NCBI GenBank assembly: GCA_034530875.2
Contig: JAVRCJ020000042.1
Span: forward strand, 1 to 55,725
Reading direction: 5' to 3'
Source of the DNA: Nostoc sp. DedSLP01
Lineage (GTDB): Bacteria > Cyanobacteriota > Cyanobacteriia > Cyanobacteriales > Nostocaceae
DNA length: 55,725 bases
The position numbers were made by a program, and so were the translations under genes. The notes under the pieces are model-generated. The model was not told the origin of the DNA. It ran no database searches and worked only from the letters and a program-made list of their open reading frames with translations. Shown piece by piece: positions 10,997-24,054 of the stretch (positions are counted from its first letter, which is position 1; every line of letters starts with the position of its first letter).

Positions 10997-12451
10997 ATGA
11001 CTTCCACATTGCCCGAACCTCATCACAGCAACTCACCCAGTTGGGAGGAAGAACTAGATAGTGCCATTTTCAGTTTTGAAGACATTCAGACGGAACTGAA
11101 TTATAAACAAGCACAAACGGCGCTGCGAAATTTGGTGAGTAATCTTGACCTCAGCCCCCAGGAAAAAGCAGGACTGGAGGCGGAGATTACTGATTTAGAA
11201 ACTATGCTCTTAAAGTTAGACAGCATGGTGGTGCAGATTGCGGCTTTTGGCATGGTGGGGCGTGGTAAATCTTCGCTACTTAATGCTTTGGTTGGGCAAA
11301 CAGTATTTGAAACCGGGCCGCTGCATGGGGTTACCCGTGCTGCACAAAGAGTTAATTGGAGTATTAGTGAAGAGGCTGTTGGGGAAACTGAACGCGCTTT
11401 GCGAGTGACTCTTCCTGGTATAGGTCAATCGCAGGTGGAATTAATTGATACTCCTGGGTTAGATGAGGTAGATGGTGCGACTAGGGCTGCATTAGCCGAA
11501 CAGATTGCCAAGCAAGCAGATTTGATTCTTTTTGTCATCTCTGGCGACATGACAAAAATAGAACACACTGCTCTTTCTCAATTGCGGGAAGCAGGTAAAC
11601 CAATAATTCTGGTATTTAATAAAGTAGACCAATATCCAGAAGCCGATCGTATGGCAATTTATCATAAAATCCGCGATGAAAGGGTGCGAGAATTACTCAC
11701 GCCTTTAGAAATTGTCATGGCGGCAGCATCGCCATTGGTGAAGACAGCAGTTTTTCGCCCTGATGGTACTAGGGGCATACAGTTGCGTCCGGGTAATGCC
11801 CAAGTTGAAGAACTGAAGCTGAAAATTTTAGAGATTCTCCACCGCGAAGGTAAAGCCTTGGTTGCTCTCAATACCATGCTTTATGCTGACACCGTAAACG
11901 AGCAATTGGTAGAGCGAAAACTGATGATTCGTGAGGTGAATGCCAATCAGTTGATTTGGAAAGCTGTGATGGCGAAGGCAGTGGCGATCGCTCTTAATCC
12001 CGTAACTGTGGTAGATATTCTGAGTAGTGTAGTTATTGATATCGCTCTAATTTTAGGTTTATCAAAACTCTATGGCTTCTCTATGACCGAAGCCGGAGCC
12101 GTACAATTATTACAAAAAATCGCCTTGAGTATGGGTGGCATCGGTGCTAGCGAACTCTTGGCAAACTTGGGTTTAAGTGGATTGAAAACTTTACTTGGTA
12201 TCTCTGCAACCGCTACAGCTGGTATTGCCCTTGCTCCTTACATATCTGTAGCACTCACCCAAGCCGGAGTTGCTGGTGTTTCTTCTTACGGTATCGGACA
12301 AGTTACCAAAGTTTATTTAGCCAACGGTGCAACTTGGGGGCCTGATGGGCCAAAAGCAGTAATTAATCGGATTTTGACAAATCTTGATGAAGCTTCAATT
12401 CTCAGCCGCATTAAAGATGAATTACTCCACAAAGTAAAACTCAGAAACTAG
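10997..12451 (+). CDS. GTP-binding protein with C-terminal DUF697/YcjF-like domain
   Basis: GMVGRGKSS (G1), DTPG (G3), NKVD (G4), hydrophobic C-terminal domain. Confidence 0.9.
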   Translation: MTSTLPEPHHSNSPSWEEELDSAIFSFEDIQTELNYKQAQTALRNLVSNLDLSPQEKAGLEAEITDLETMLLKLDSMVVQIAAFGMVGRGKSSLLNALVGQTVFETGPLHGVTRAAQRVNWSISEEAVGETERALRVTLPGIGQSQVELIDTPGLDEVDGATRAALAEQIAKQADLILFVISGDMTKIEHTALSQLREAGKPIILVFNKVDQYPEADRMAIYHKIRDERVRELLTPLEIVMAAASPLVKTAVFRPDGTRGIQLRPGNAQVEELKLKILEILHREGKALVALNTMLYADTVNEQLVERKLMIREVNANQLIWKAVMAKAVAIALNPVTVVDILSSVVIDIALILGLSKLYGFSMTEAGAVQLLQKIALSMGGIGASELLANLGLSGLKTLLGISATATAGIALAPYISVALTQAGVAGVSSYGIGQVTKVYLANGATWGPDGPKAVINRILTNLDEASILSRIKDELLHKVKLRN

Positions 12452-12698
12452 AAATGTCGGGTACGTTGTCGCCAAGCGCCCAACCAGCAACAATTCAAGA
12501 GGCTATAGTAAACAGGATAGGAGTAGTTACTTGGATTTTGGTCAAATTTACAACTCGGAAGTTGAGTACAGAACTCAAAATGTCAAGTTCTACACTCAAA
12601 TTCCGAGCTTTTAAGCTGTGGCTTTCAACTTATTAAGGAAATTGGTAGTAGATTTTTTCTACTCTTGATGCCTGTGGCTGTATTTTCTGAGATAACTT

Positions 12699-14360
12699 TT
12701 AGCTTCTACCTTTGAAAGAATTAAGCCATTCTTGAACTTGTTCGCGGGCAATATCGCGACCTCCCAAGCCAAAAGCTAGGGCTATAGCAACAGCGATCGC
12801 ACCTAATAAAAGTCCAAAGGCTAAATTCACAATATCACTAGCAACTCCAATCTGTTGCAGTGCCATTGCTGAGACTAAGGTAATGATGCAAATCCGCGCT
12901 ACTTGTCCTAAAATCTGTGCTTGGCGATCGCCAGAACTAGTAATAATGCTAAAAGCCAGATTTGCCAGGAATAAACCAATAGCAAAGATTACCAAACCCG
13001 CCAAAATTCGCCCGAATATCACCAAAATCCCAGATACTAAAGCTGTCAGGGCTGGTATATTCAAGATATTTACTGCCGCCACCGTTGCAAACAGCATAAT
13101 ACCCACTAAAGTAATAATGCCGACAATTTCTGATGGGGTACGGGTGGGAATTTGAGGTGGTGTTGGTTCTGTTGATTGTGTGGAAATGACAATTCGTCTA
13201 GTAGGTGTGGTCAGACCCAAAACGCTGAAAATGTTATTAAAGCCTAAATTAGTCAGGATACTTGTAACCAAATCTGCTACAAACCGTCCCAGGAAATAGG
13301 CAACAATCAAAATTGCTAAGGCTGTAAAGATTGCAGGTAGAGCGTTGAGAACCTGTTGTAGCATAGCGATCGCTGGCACTGATATTGCTGCAATTTGTAA
13401 AGCATCAAGGGCTGCGATCGCGACAGGAATCAAAATCAAAACATAGACAATTGTACCGATAATACTCGATAAAGATTGCACTCCCGCACTCGAAGACAAT
13501 CCAAATCGATTACCTAAATTGTCAACACCAGTACTTACCAGCAAGTTCGTCACAATTCGCCGCACCACATTAGCTATAAACCAGCCAACTGCGGCAATCA
13601 CCACTGCTGCTAAAATGTTTGGCAAAATTACCAAAATCTTTGTAATTAAAGCTTGTACTGGTTGTAGAGCTTCCCTAAGTCCGAGAGTATCCAGAATCGG
13701 TACGAGAAAGAGTAAAAATATAAACCAATACAGAGCATTACCGATGCTTTCACTTAGAGACAATTGATTGAGGCTCGGGGTACTATCAGTAGGTTGTGGA
13801 TTCAATCGCTCATCGAGATTAAATGTATCCAACAAACGCACACTAACAATCTTGACTATAGTCGCTAATACCCAGGCAGTTGCTAAAAGGATTCCTGCAC
13901 CAACTAACTTTGGCAAAAAGCCAACAAGTTGCTCCAGAAAAATATTCAGGGGTCGAGACGCTATCTCTAGATTCAGCGTTTGTAAAACAGCTACCGCTGT
14001 CAGCAGAATAATACTCCAAAAAACTAAATCAGAGATTAATTTCTCTACATTAGGAACATCCTGACGGCCAGTTATCCCTGCGGCAATGCGGTTATCTATA
14101 TTTGTGCTGTTGAGGATTTTTCGCGTCACTGCTGCGGCGATCGCTGCAATTAGCCAACCTACAAACAAAATTGCCACCGCCCCAAGTACCCGGGGCATAA
14201 ACAGAATCAACTGTTGAACAATTCCTTGCACATCAGCGATACCGTCATTTATTGCTGCTTGACCTGTTTGCAGACTAGGTGATTGTGCTAAAAATTGCTG
14301 TCCCTTCATCGATAAATTAATATCTATCAACTGGGTTATCCCTTGCCATGTTGCGTTCAT
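12699..14360 (-). CDS. Multi-pass TM-helix-repeat protein (CmpX/mechanosensitive-channel-associated family)
   Basis: Repeated LP.(I/L)..A..I...GW..A segments; C-terminal AIALAFGLGGRD. Confidence 0.85.
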   Translation of the reverse strand: MNATWQGITQLIDINLSMKGQQFLAQSPSLQTGQAAINDGIADVQGIVQQLILFMPRVLGAVAILFVGWLIAAIAAAVTRKILNSTNIDNRIAAGITGRQDVPNVEKLISDLVFWSIILLTAVAVLQTLNLEIASRPLNIFLEQLVGFLPKLVGAGILLATAWVLATIVKIVSVRLLDTFNLDERLNPQPTDSTPSLNQLSLSESIGNALYWFIFLLFLVPILDTLGLREALQPVQALITKILVILPNILAAVVIAAVGWFIANVVRRIVTNLLVSTGVDNLGNRFGLSSSAGVQSLSSIIGTIVYVLILIPVAIAALDALQIAAISVPAIAMLQQVLNALPAIFTALAILIVAYFLGRFVADLVTSILTNLGFNNIFSVLGLTTPTRRIVISTQSTEPTPPQIPTRTPSEIVGIITLVGIMLFATVAAVNILNIPALTALVSGILVIFGRILAGLVIFAIGLFLANLAFSIITSSGDRQAQILGQVARICIITLVSAMALQQIGVASDIVNLAFGLLLGAIAVAIALAFGLGGRDIAREQVQEWLNSFKGRS

Positions 14361-14962
14361 GGTTTTCCGGTATTAAGGTTTTACGTGTTTGCTAAAAACA
14401 CTTAAATACTTATTGGTTGCCTTGATTTCAACTAGGGACTAGGGATTAAATACCGAGAATATAAGTATATGTATTTATACTTAAAACAAATCTTACAGCA
14501 GTTTTTATTTGAAGTGCATCTGTAGTATGTGCATAAATACCGTGCCCTCAGTGCGTAGTATTTTTAATTAAAAATTGCTGTAAAAGAGTTTCTTTGACAT
14601 TACTCAGTACCATTACCCAATTCCAGAGCGCCCATTGTTCCCCAATTTGTTGTACTGGAATTGTGGAATCTTGGACGCGGCTCGTTGAATAATTCTGCAT
14701 CCCAGTAAGTTTACTAGTGTTTTGCCTATCAATTTACCAGTAAATTAGCCGTAAACTCACTATCTGTTTAATATAGTCAAGATTTTTTTCGTTTTCTCAA
14801 AAAAAACGTCAAAAAGTAGTGGAGAGATGTGGAGAGATAAGGAAGTGTGGGAAGCTTTTTTCTAATCTCCCCTCTGCTACCCCATGCCCCATGCCCAATG
14901 CCCCATTCCCCATACCCCATTTTGCGTTACTCTAATTGCAGCAACAGCTTAAAAGATTTGGA

Positions 14963-15406
14963 ATGCCCCAAGTACTGGAACAATCGATTCAAATTAACGC
15001 TACAGCCACGGTAGTCGAACGCTGTATTACCGATTTAGGACTTATGCACCGTTGGCTGAACCCCGTCCTTCGTTGCGAACCTGTGGGCGAAGTCTGGAGT
15101 ACCGATGTAGGCAGTCAAAGTCGTTTTATCATTCAAATTCCTCTACTCAAACCTACTTTGTATAGCGTAGTTGTAGAACGACAACCAGGTTTGGTAGTCT
15201 GGGGCTTTAAGGGATTTTTTCAAGGTCGCGATCGCTGGGAATGTCAACCAACAGAAAAAGGAACCCTCCTACTCAACCGTTTTGAATTCGATATTCCCAA
15301 CCCCTTAGTAAGTTGGGGTTTCAAAACCTTTGCCGCATCTTGGACAAAACAAGATATGGAAGCCCAACTCCGTCGCCTCAAACGAGTCGCAGAACAACAA
15401 AATTAG
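14963..15406 (+). CDS. SRPBCC (START/polyketide cyclase-like) family protein
   Basis: EQSIQINAT..V...ITD...MHRWLNP, C-terminal QLRRLK..AE; ATG at 14963. Confidence 0.85.
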   Translation: MPQVLEQSIQINATATVVERCITDLGLMHRWLNPVLRCEPVGEVWSTDVGSQSRFIIQIPLLKPTLYSVVVERQPGLVVWGFKGFFQGRDRWECQPTEKGTLLLNRFEFDIPNPLVSWGFKTFAASWTKQDMEAQLRRLKRVAEQQN

Positions 15407-15548
15407 CATTAGTCATTAGTTATTAGTTATTAGTCATTAGTCATTAGTTTTCCCCTGCTCCCTGCCTCCTTTGCTCCCTCTGCCTCCCCTGCCTCCTCTG
15501 CCCCCTTTGCCCCTTCTGCCCCCTCTGCCTCCCCTGCCTCTCCACTCC

Positions 15549-16373
15549 CTATTCATCCTTTCCTAACTCGCTAAGTAGTCTGCGAATCACTGATGCATCA
15601 TTGGCATCAGGAACTTTTGCTAAATAAGTTTGTAAGTCTTGTACGGCTTGGGGATAGTGGCCGAGTTGATAATAGATCAAACCGCGATCGCGCAATTCTA
15701 AAGTTAAATCGGGAAATAGCAGTAAAATTCGTTCCACTGCTCCTAAAGTTTTTTCTAACTCTTGTTGTTTCAGATAAATAAATTTGAGATTTGTCAGCAT
15801 CCGTGCCAAAAACTGCCGATTACTGACTACAGCTAAAAACTCTGGTTGTAGCGTCACAGGTTGCTGGTAAAGTTGAGATAGTCTTTCTTGACAATCTTCA
15901 GGAAATATTATTTCGCCACCATTGAAGGCATCGACGAAAATTTCCATATCTGCAACATCCGGGCGAATCAAGAAATGTCCTGGCATTCCTACACCCACCA
16001 TCGGAAAATCAATCCGTCGCGCAACTTCTAAGTAAACCAGCGCTAAAGTAATGGGAATTCCTAATCGTCTGTCAATTACATCATTCAAAAAACTGTTGCG
16101 CGGATCGTAGTAGTCAATTTTATTACCAGAAAATCTCAAATCTTCGTAGAGATATTGATTAATAGTTTGAATAACCCTTAGAGGATAGCGTTCTTGGGGC
16201 AGGCGTTCTTGCAGCTCGAATGCCATTGTATCAAGGGCGTTGAGATATTCCTCTGTGTCTAGCTCCGGATATTCTTCTTGTGCAATATATAAAGCTGCCT
16301 TTCCTAAATTAATTTCTTCGTCAGACTGCTGAATCTCCTGATAAAAGTATTGTCGCGCTAACGAGAAATTCAT
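15549..16373 (-). CDS. SirB1 family protein (transglutaminase-like core plus TPR)
   Basis: YYDPRNSFLNDV..RRLGIPITL, GMPGHFL, RML.NLK, RDRGL. Confidence 0.92.
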   Translation of the reverse strand: MNFSLARQYFYQEIQQSDEEINLGKAALYIAQEEYPELDTEEYLNALDTMAFELQERLPQERYPLRVIQTINQYLYEDLRFSGNKIDYYDPRNSFLNDVIDRRLGIPITLALVYLEVARRIDFPMVGVGMPGHFLIRPDVADMEIFVDAFNGGEIIFPEDCQERLSQLYQQPVTLQPEFLAVVSNRQFLARMLTNLKFIYLKQQELEKTLGAVERILLLFPDLTLELRDRGLIYYQLGHYPQAVQDLQTYLAKVPDANDASVIRRLLSELGKDE

Positions 16374-16769
16374 AAACTATTGCTCTGTGGAAGTGTAAGG
16401 ATGAAGCGACAGCGCCTTAGCTGAACTAAAAACAGTTTCAAAGGAAAGTTATGTTCGCTAAAAGCCGGTTGCTGGGACTTTTCGCTTTTTGTACCTGTTT
16501 TTATATTATGAATATTTACGAGATTTAGACACGTAGTTTGTACATAGATTTTGATGAAACCAATCTATCCAAAGCAATGAAAATAAATTGATATAGCTAT
16601 TTACTGTTGACTAAAATGCATATTTATAGTATATAATTTTTCTTCAATTTGTTAGCGTCAGTAGAAGAAAGTATAGTATAAAATAAAAAACTATTACTTA
16701 CTGGTTTAGCCAATTCCGAAACAGTATTAAGAGCATTTGTATTAACTATTGGAATGAAATGGCATGGTA

Positions 16770-16807
16770 CTGCTCTCTCTAGGATCGCTAGAGAGGCAGA
16801 TTTTTTT
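16770..16807 (+). terminator. Intrinsic terminator-like hairpin in the sirB1-like/atpD intergenic region
   Basis: ctgc-tctctctag/gatcg/ctagagag-gcag followed by a run of T. Confidence 0.55.
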
Positions 16808-17051
16808 CCGGCTAACTAATTTTTAGCTGCTGTGTTAGCGATCGCATAACATAGCAGTTTTAATTTCAATACTGAAAAAAAATATATTTTCAAGTATTTT
16901 CTGTTACTACCGAGCTAATTTGACAGCTGAGGCGAATTTTCGATCCCCAACCTCAGTCTTAAGAATCAATTTATGGCGTAGAGGGGGGGCGTTCAGTGCT
17001 AACCTGAAAGATGACATTGCTTATTTTTATGTCTTCAACGACCTTATCTGA

Positions 17052-18527
<1,476 letters not shown>

Positions 18528-18614
18528 TCATTAGTCATTAGTCATTAGTCATTAGTGCAAATTCTAATGACTAATGGCAATTGCAAAAGACAACGGACAA
18601 AGGACAAAAGACAA

Positions 18615-19028
18615 ATGACATTAACCGTTCGCGTAATTTCCCCAGATAAAACAGTCTGGGATGCACCAGCTGAAGAAGTAGTTTTGCCTAGTACTACCGG
18701 TCAGTTAGGTATTTTAACTGGACACGCACCACTGTTGACCGCCCTGGATACAGGTGTAATGCGAGTTCGTGCTGCTAAAAATCAAAATTGGGAAGCGATC
18801 GCTCTTTTGGGCGGTTTTGCTGAAGTGGAAGAGAATGAAGTGACTATTCTCGTTAATAGTGCCGAACGTGGTGACAAAATTAACCTTGAAGAAGCCCGTG
18901 CCGCTTACAATCAAGCAGAAGCACGCCTCAGTCAAGTACCAGCAGACGATCGCCAAGCCCAAATCCAGGCAAATCAAGCCTTCAAACGTGCCCGTGCTCG
19001 GTTTCAAGCCGCCGGCGGTTTAATCTAA
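18615..19028 (+). CDS. atpC: ATP synthase F1 subunit epsilon
   Basis: [12 protein letters not shown]...G.LGIL.GHAPL...GGFAEV; follows atpD. The track's upstream extension is STRR sequence. Confidence 0.98.
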   Translation: MTLTVRVISPDKTVWDAPAEEVVLPSTTGQLGILTGHAPLLTALDTGVMRVRAAKNQNWEAIALLGGFAEVEENEVTILVNSAERGDKINLEEARAAYNQAEARLSQVPADDRQAQIQANQAFKRARARFQAAGGLI

Positions 19029-19073
19029 CAATTTTGGATTTTAGGTTTGTTCCAAAATCCAAAATCACAAAAA

Positions 19074-19115
19074 ACAAAGACGCAAAGGCATTTTTATTGC
19101 TTCTGCGTCTTTTGT
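19074..19115. terminator. Probable bidirectional terminator between atpC and secA
   Basis: Imperfect inverted repeat acaaagacgca-aaggca...tgctt-ctgcgtcttttgt between convergent genes. Confidence 0.6.
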
Positions 19116-19208
19116 ACGTCAAATCTTTTCACTAGTCAGTAGCGAGTACTGAATAAAAAAATGAGATTCTTTACTCAGCACTCCTAACTCCTAACTCAGC
19201 ACTCTCGA

Positions 19209-22001
19209 TTACACCATCTCTGATGAAGTCTGTACTGCTGGTTGCGGCTGCGGCTGGAACATGAATAAGGAGTAAACTACATCTCGGCGAATATTCACCA
19301 TCATATCCAAGAAAAGTTCATAACCCTCGCTCTTATACTCAATCAGCGGGTCTTTTTGACCGTAACCGCGCAATCCTACCGATTCGCGTAAAGCATCCAT
19401 TTGTTGCAGGTGTTCTCGCCACAGAGTATCGATGCGTTGCAAAATAAAGAAGCGTTCCGCTTGGCGCATGAGTCCTGGTTGAACTTGGTCAATTTGAGCT
19501 TCTTTGAGGTCGTAAGCAATTCGCACTTGTTCGTGGAGGAACTCTTTAATCTCAGTCACAGACATATCTTCCAACTGAGTAGCCTGCAAATCCGATAACA
19601 AATAGACGAATTCTTTGACTTTATCAACTAGCTTTTCTAACTCCCATTCTTCAGAAGGCAAGTCTACGTTGATGTAATAGTCAACGATGTCATCCATCGT
19701 TTTTTCAGCGTACTTGATTACTTGTTCTTTTAAGTCTTGACCTTCTAGTACCCGACGGCGTTCGGCGTAAATAGCACGACGTTGATTATTCATCACTTCG
19801 TCATACTCAAACACCTGCTTGCGGATGTCATAGTAGTAGGTTTCGACTTTTTTCTGTGCGCCTTCCAAGCTGCGAGTTAGCATCCCCGATTCAATGGGCA
19901 TGTCTTCTTCCACTTGGAAAGCATTCATTAATCCAGCAACGCGATCGCCACCAAAAATCCGTAGTAAGTTATCTTCTAAACTCAGGAAGAATCTTGTGGA
20001 ACCGGGGTCGCCTTGTCGTCCGGCGCGTCCCCGCAACTGGTTATCAATCCGCCGCGATTCGTGGCGTTCCGTACCAATCACGTGCAAACCGCCGATTTGT
20101 ACTACTTCATTATGCTCTCGTTCGGTGAATTGTTCGTATTCTTGCTTAATGCGCTTGTAAGCTTCCCGCAACTTCTGAATTACCGGATCTGATGTCGGAG
20201 CTTTTTCAGCAGCTACGGCTACCTTGTCTTCAGCTTCTAGTTCCGGTAAACTGCGATCGCCATACTCACGTACTGCAACGTCTACTGCTTCTTTAAGTAG
20301 CTGTTCTGTTTCTTTTGTCAACTGGGTGGGGAAAATTTCCGGTGAAGCCCGCCAGGTTTTGACTTTTTTACCAGGGACGAAACCTTGACCGCCACCGTGT
20401 CCTGTAGGCAATCCCGCAGCTCTTTGAACCCCAAACGAATCTTCATCTTCTGGCATGACGATGCGAGGCATCAAGTATTCCCGTAACTTCAGACGCGCCA
20501 TGTATTCAGAGTTACCACCAAGAATGATGTCTGTACCTCTTCCCGCCATGTTGGTCGCAATGGTCACAGCACCTTTACGTCCTGCTTGGGCGACGATTTC
20601 TGCTTCGCGTTCTACGTTCTCCGGTCGGGCATTGAGTAATTCATGAGGAATTTCTAGCTGCTTCAGCAGTCGGCTAAGATATTCAGACTTTTCTACACTC
20701 GTGGTTCCTACTAATACTGGCCTGCCGAGTTCGTGCATTTCGGCACATTCTCTGGCGATCGCTCCCCACTTGCCTGCTTCCGTCTTAAAGACCATATCAG
20801 ACAAATCTTCGCGTCTTCTTTCTCGGTTAGTGGGAATTACCGTTACTTCTAGTTTGTAAATTTTTTCAAACTCTGGTTCTTCAGTTTTTGCCGTTCCAGT
20901 CATTCCACCCAATTTCGGATACAGCAAGAACAGGTTTTGATAAGTAATTGTCGCTAGAGTTTGAGTTTCTGGCTGAATTTCTACGTGTTCTTTGGCTTCA
21001 ATTGCCTGGTGTAGTCCATCACTCCAACGCCGTCCGGGTAGTACCCGACCGGTAAATTCATCCACAATTACAACTTCACCATTGCGGACAATGTAATTTA
21101 CGTCCTTAAGGAAAAGTTCTTTAGCCTTAATAGCATTGAAAACGAAGTGCGCCCAAGGATCTTCCGGGTCAAATAAATCTGTAACTCCCAAAAGATTTTC
21201 TGCTTCTGCAAAGCCTTCATCTGTCAATAAGACGTTACGAGCTTTTTCATCTACCTCATAATGCTCGTCTTTTTTGAGAGTGAGTGCTATTTCAGCAGCT
21301 TGTAAGTATTTTTCTGTAGGTCTTTCTACTTGCCCCGAAATAATTAGAGGTGTCCGCGCCTCATCAATTAAAATCGAGTCTACCTCGTCGATGACGCAGT
21401 AATTAAACGGGCGTTGTACCACATCTTTCATGTCTGTGGCCATATTGTCCCGCAGGTAATCGAAGCCTACCTCACTGTTAGTTACATAAGTAATATCGCA
21501 GTCATAATTTTTCTGGCGTTCAGTGGGAGTCATACTTGCCTGGATTAGTCCCACACTCAAGCCCAAGAAACGATGTACCTGTCCCATCCATTCGGCGTCC
21601 CGACGAGCCAGGTAATCGTTCACAGTGACGACGTGTACGCCTTTCCCAGTAAGCGCATTTAAATAACTGGGTAACGTGGCTACTAGGGTTTTACCCTCAC
21701 CCGTTTTCATTTCAGCAATTTGCCCTACGTGCAAAATGATACCGCCAAGCAGTTGGACATCAAAATGCCGTAAGCCTAAAACTCGCCGTCCTGCTTCTCG
21801 CACAACGGCGTAAGCTTCTGGCAAAATGTCATCCAGAGTTTCGCCTTTAGCGAGTCTTTGTCTAAATTCTGCGGTTTTACCTTTTAACTCTTCGTCAGAA
21901 AGAGCGTTAATTTCTTCCTCTAAAAGGTTAATTTCAGTAACGTTAGGTTGGTATTTTTTCAGCTTACGAGCGTTGGGATCGCCCAACAAAAGTTTTAGCA
22001 T
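19209..22001 (-). CDS. secA: Preprotein translocase ATPase SecA
   Basis: [48 protein letters not shown]. Confidence 0.99.
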   Translation of the reverse strand: MLKLLLGDPNARKLKKYQPNVTEINLLEEEINALSDEELKGKTAEFRQRLAKGETLDDILPEAYAVVREAGRRVLGLRHFDVQLLGGIILHVGQIAEMKTGEGKTLVATLPSYLNALTGKGVHVVTVNDYLARRDAEWMGQVHRFLGLSVGLIQASMTPTERQKNYDCDITYVTNSEVGFDYLRDNMATDMKDVVQRPFNYCVIDEVDSILIDEARTPLIISGQVERPTEKYLQAAEIALTLKKDEHYEVDEKARNVLLTDEGFAEAENLLGVTDLFDPEDPWAHFVFNAIKAKELFLKDVNYIVRNGEVVIVDEFTGRVLPGRRWSDGLHQAIEAKEHVEIQPETQTLATITYQNLFLLYPKLGGMTGTAKTEEPEFEKIYKLEVTVIPTNRERRREDLSDMVFKTEAGKWGAIARECAEMHELGRPVLVGTTSVEKSEYLSRLLKQLEIPHELLNARPENVEREAEIVAQAGRKGAVTIATNMAGRGTDIILGGNSEYMARLKLREYLMPRIVMPEDEDSFGVQRAAGLPTGHGGGQGFVPGKKVKTWRASPEIFPTQLTKETEQLLKEAVDVAVREYGDRSLPELEAEDKVAVAAEKAPTSDPVIQKLREAYKRIKQEYEQFTEREHNEVVQIGGLHVIGTERHESRRIDNQLRGRAGRQGDPGSTRFFLSLEDNLLRIFGGDRVAGLMNAFQVEEDMPIESGMLTRSLEGAQKKVETYYYDIRKQVFEYDEVMNNQRRAIYAERRRVLEGQDLKEQVIKYAEKTMDDIVDYYINVDLPSEEWELEKLVDKVKEFVYLLSDLQATQLEDMSVTEIKEFLHEQVRIAYDLKEAQIDQVQPGLMRQAERFFILQRIDTLWREHLQQMDALRESVGLRGYGQKDPLIEYKSEGYELFLDMMVNIRRDVVYSLFMFQPQPQPAVQTSSEMV

Positions 22002-22345
22002 GGCAGGTTATCGAACTGAATCAAGGGGGATGGGGATTAAAGGTTTGGCATTGATTATAAACATTTAACCCACTCAACAGTCTTAGTTGGAGATGGGTAT
22101 GAAATGAGAATTAACTCAAAAACAGGAGAAAACCTAGTCAATCAGTTTCTTAAATGATTGGTTTTAACTCTTATCTTATATTTACTCTTTCTTCATAGTA
22201 TCATTTTGCCTCCAGATGGGGCGTTGGGGACTGGGGATTAGTGAGTGGGTATTGGGCATGGGAAGTGTGGGAGGTGTGGGAGGTGTGGGAGGATGGGGAA
22301 GAAATCTTTCTCCCCACACTCCCCCATCTCCCCTATCCCCAGTCC

Positions 22346-22942
22346 CTAATCCTTCCACTCTGCGGTCAGCCGGCGGAAGTTGTAATCATTAGCACCAGGA
22401 TGGCAACTGACACAGCTACCAATTTGGATGGGACGTGGTAGCTTAACTCCTGGATGCAAAGCTTTGAAATAACGTGAGTCACTCAAGCGATAAGGTATTT
22501 CTTCATCGTTGAGTTTGACGCGGGAGAAAGTCAAAAGATATCTCCACACTAAGATGCGTGGCGGATCGACTAAGGGCTTAAGTTGTGCGCCGTAGTGCTG
22601 GGAGTCTTCTAAAAGATTTTTCCAGGTTTGGGTGGGAAAAACGCCTGGTGGTAGGGCGATATGGCATGTGGAACAGTTTTCTAAATATAGTTCTTGCCCT
22701 AATTGATACTGTGCTGGCACTACGTCAACTGTGCCAATTTCGGCGCTAGGGGTAGCACTTTGGGCGTTAGTTACCAAAGCTAGAAGCCAGCCCATAGCCA
22801 GACTCCAGGTGATTATTACCAAAAGTAAACCGAAAAATTGGCGTTTGAATTCGCGTTCGGCGCTTTGTTGTAGCGCTTGCCGATTGCCAAATAGCGATCG
22901 CTTTTCTCCATTGCGAGATTTCCGCTTAACAAAAATTGACAT
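22346..22942 (-). CDS. Diheme cytochrome c family protein
   Basis: N-terminal TM/signal; two CxxCH motifs (CSTCH, CVSCH); P...P..TW..LL....HYG. Confidence 0.88.
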   Translation of the reverse strand: MSIFVKRKSRNGEKRSLFGNRQALQQSAEREFKRQFFGLLLVIITWSLAMGWLLALVTNAQSATPSAEIGTVDVVPAQYQLGQELYLENCSTCHIALPPGVFPTQTWKNLLEDSQHYGAQLKPLVDPPRILVWRYLLTFSRVKLNDEEIPYRLSDSRYFKALHPGVKLPRPIQIGSCVSCHPGANDYNFRRLTAEWKD

Positions 22943-23157
22943 TCCTCACATTCCCAGATTTTTTAGAAGTGGCGCTTGTGTTAATGATATGACTTACGGA
23001 GTATTGGAGGTGTTTCAGGCTATGCGTCAGTAGTTTTGGAAAGCAATTATAGCTATAGCGATCGTATTTTTTGGAGATACGAAAATTAATATAAATAATA
23101 TAAATGTTTATACAGTATCTACTGCCAAGGAACCAAGGAAAAAATGTCTTGACAGTT

Positions 23158-23523
23158 TTAACCTTCTCGACTAGAAAAATCAGCTAAAATATCCCTGATT
23201 TCATTGGCAGCGATATCTTCTCGGTCAGATTTAGAATAAATCGTTAACAACAAAATACTTACAGGTGACTCCATTTGATAAATTAACCGATAACCAGCAC
23301 TTTTACCTTTTTGGATGTTACTGTTGCGAACTCTCACTTTGTAAACAATATATTCTTCACCTATACCAGCAATTCTATCTCCTACAATATTCCCTTGCTG
23401 TAATTGTTCAATAATCGGTTGAACATCAGAGCGAATATTGCGAAATCTCTTAGACAAGTCACGTAAGTTTTGTTTATATTCAGGAGTTAAATCAATAAAT
23501 ATTGATGGCTGTTCATTCGGCAT
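23158..23523 (-). CDS. Type II TA toxin, RelE/ParE (HigB2-like) family
   Basis: YKVRVRNSNIQKGKSAGYRLIY...LLTIYSKSD; overlaps the upstream partner gene. Confidence 0.88.
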   Translation of the reverse strand: MPNEQPSIFIDLTPEYKQNLRDLSKRFRNIRSDVQPIIEQLQQGNIVGDRIAGIGEEYIVYKVRVRNSNIQKGKSAGYRLIYQMESPVSILLLTIYSKSDREDIAANEIRDILADFSSREG

Positions 23524-23770
23524 CAATTCCCTCCCACATTTGGGATAGTGGTAGACGTTGCCCGATTTTAGCTTGTTGCAAAGCTCTTCTTAAACTAGCT
23601 TTAATCTCCTCAACAGGCGTATCGTCAGGGTCAATTTCTTCTGTATCTGTTGATTCTGGAACCAACACAATTACCCGAACCTGATGAGGATAATTGGTTT
23701 CTTGAATCGGCCGATCTAAAACTAAGTTGCCTTGAGAATCGATTTTACCAGTAAGTTCGATCGCTTTCAT
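23513..23770 (-). CDS. Probable cognate antitoxin
   Basis: 85-aa acidic protein directly upstream of and overlapping the RelE-type toxin. Confidence 0.78.
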   Translation of the reverse strand: MKAIELTGKIDSQGNLVLDRPIQETNYPHQVRVIVLVPESTDTEEIDPDDTPVEEIKASLRRALQQAKIGQRLPLSQMWEGIDAE

Positions 23771-24054
23771 CTGTTATCCACCTGATTTTTTAGAAGATCC
23801 TAACACGCCCAAAAATAAATTTAGTATTGATTAAAGCACCATACTTAGCAGAAAACAGACATATAATTACGCAATTAATTTTTTATACTTGTTAAAAGCG
23901 ATCGTATTTTTTGACTGGCTTTTATCCATGAAAAAGGCGCAAAGGATAACTCTAATTGGTAACCGTTATCAAACACGATTCACCTGAGTAGAAATGCAAG
24001 CAATTATCCTTCACACCGATAAATACAATTACAAAGATATCTATTAAATTATTT

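Larger units (their letters stand above)
23057..23913. mobile_element. TA cassette bounded by a perfect 17-bp direct repeat with a HIP1-like core
   Basis: AGCGATCGTATTTTTTG at 23057-23073 and 23897-23913. Confidence 0.7.

Noticed and set aside
12454..12636. 60-aa ORF after the GTPase
   Set aside because: Overlaps degenerate short-repeat DNA (similar texture at about 10835-10890) between convergent genes; no recognisable product.
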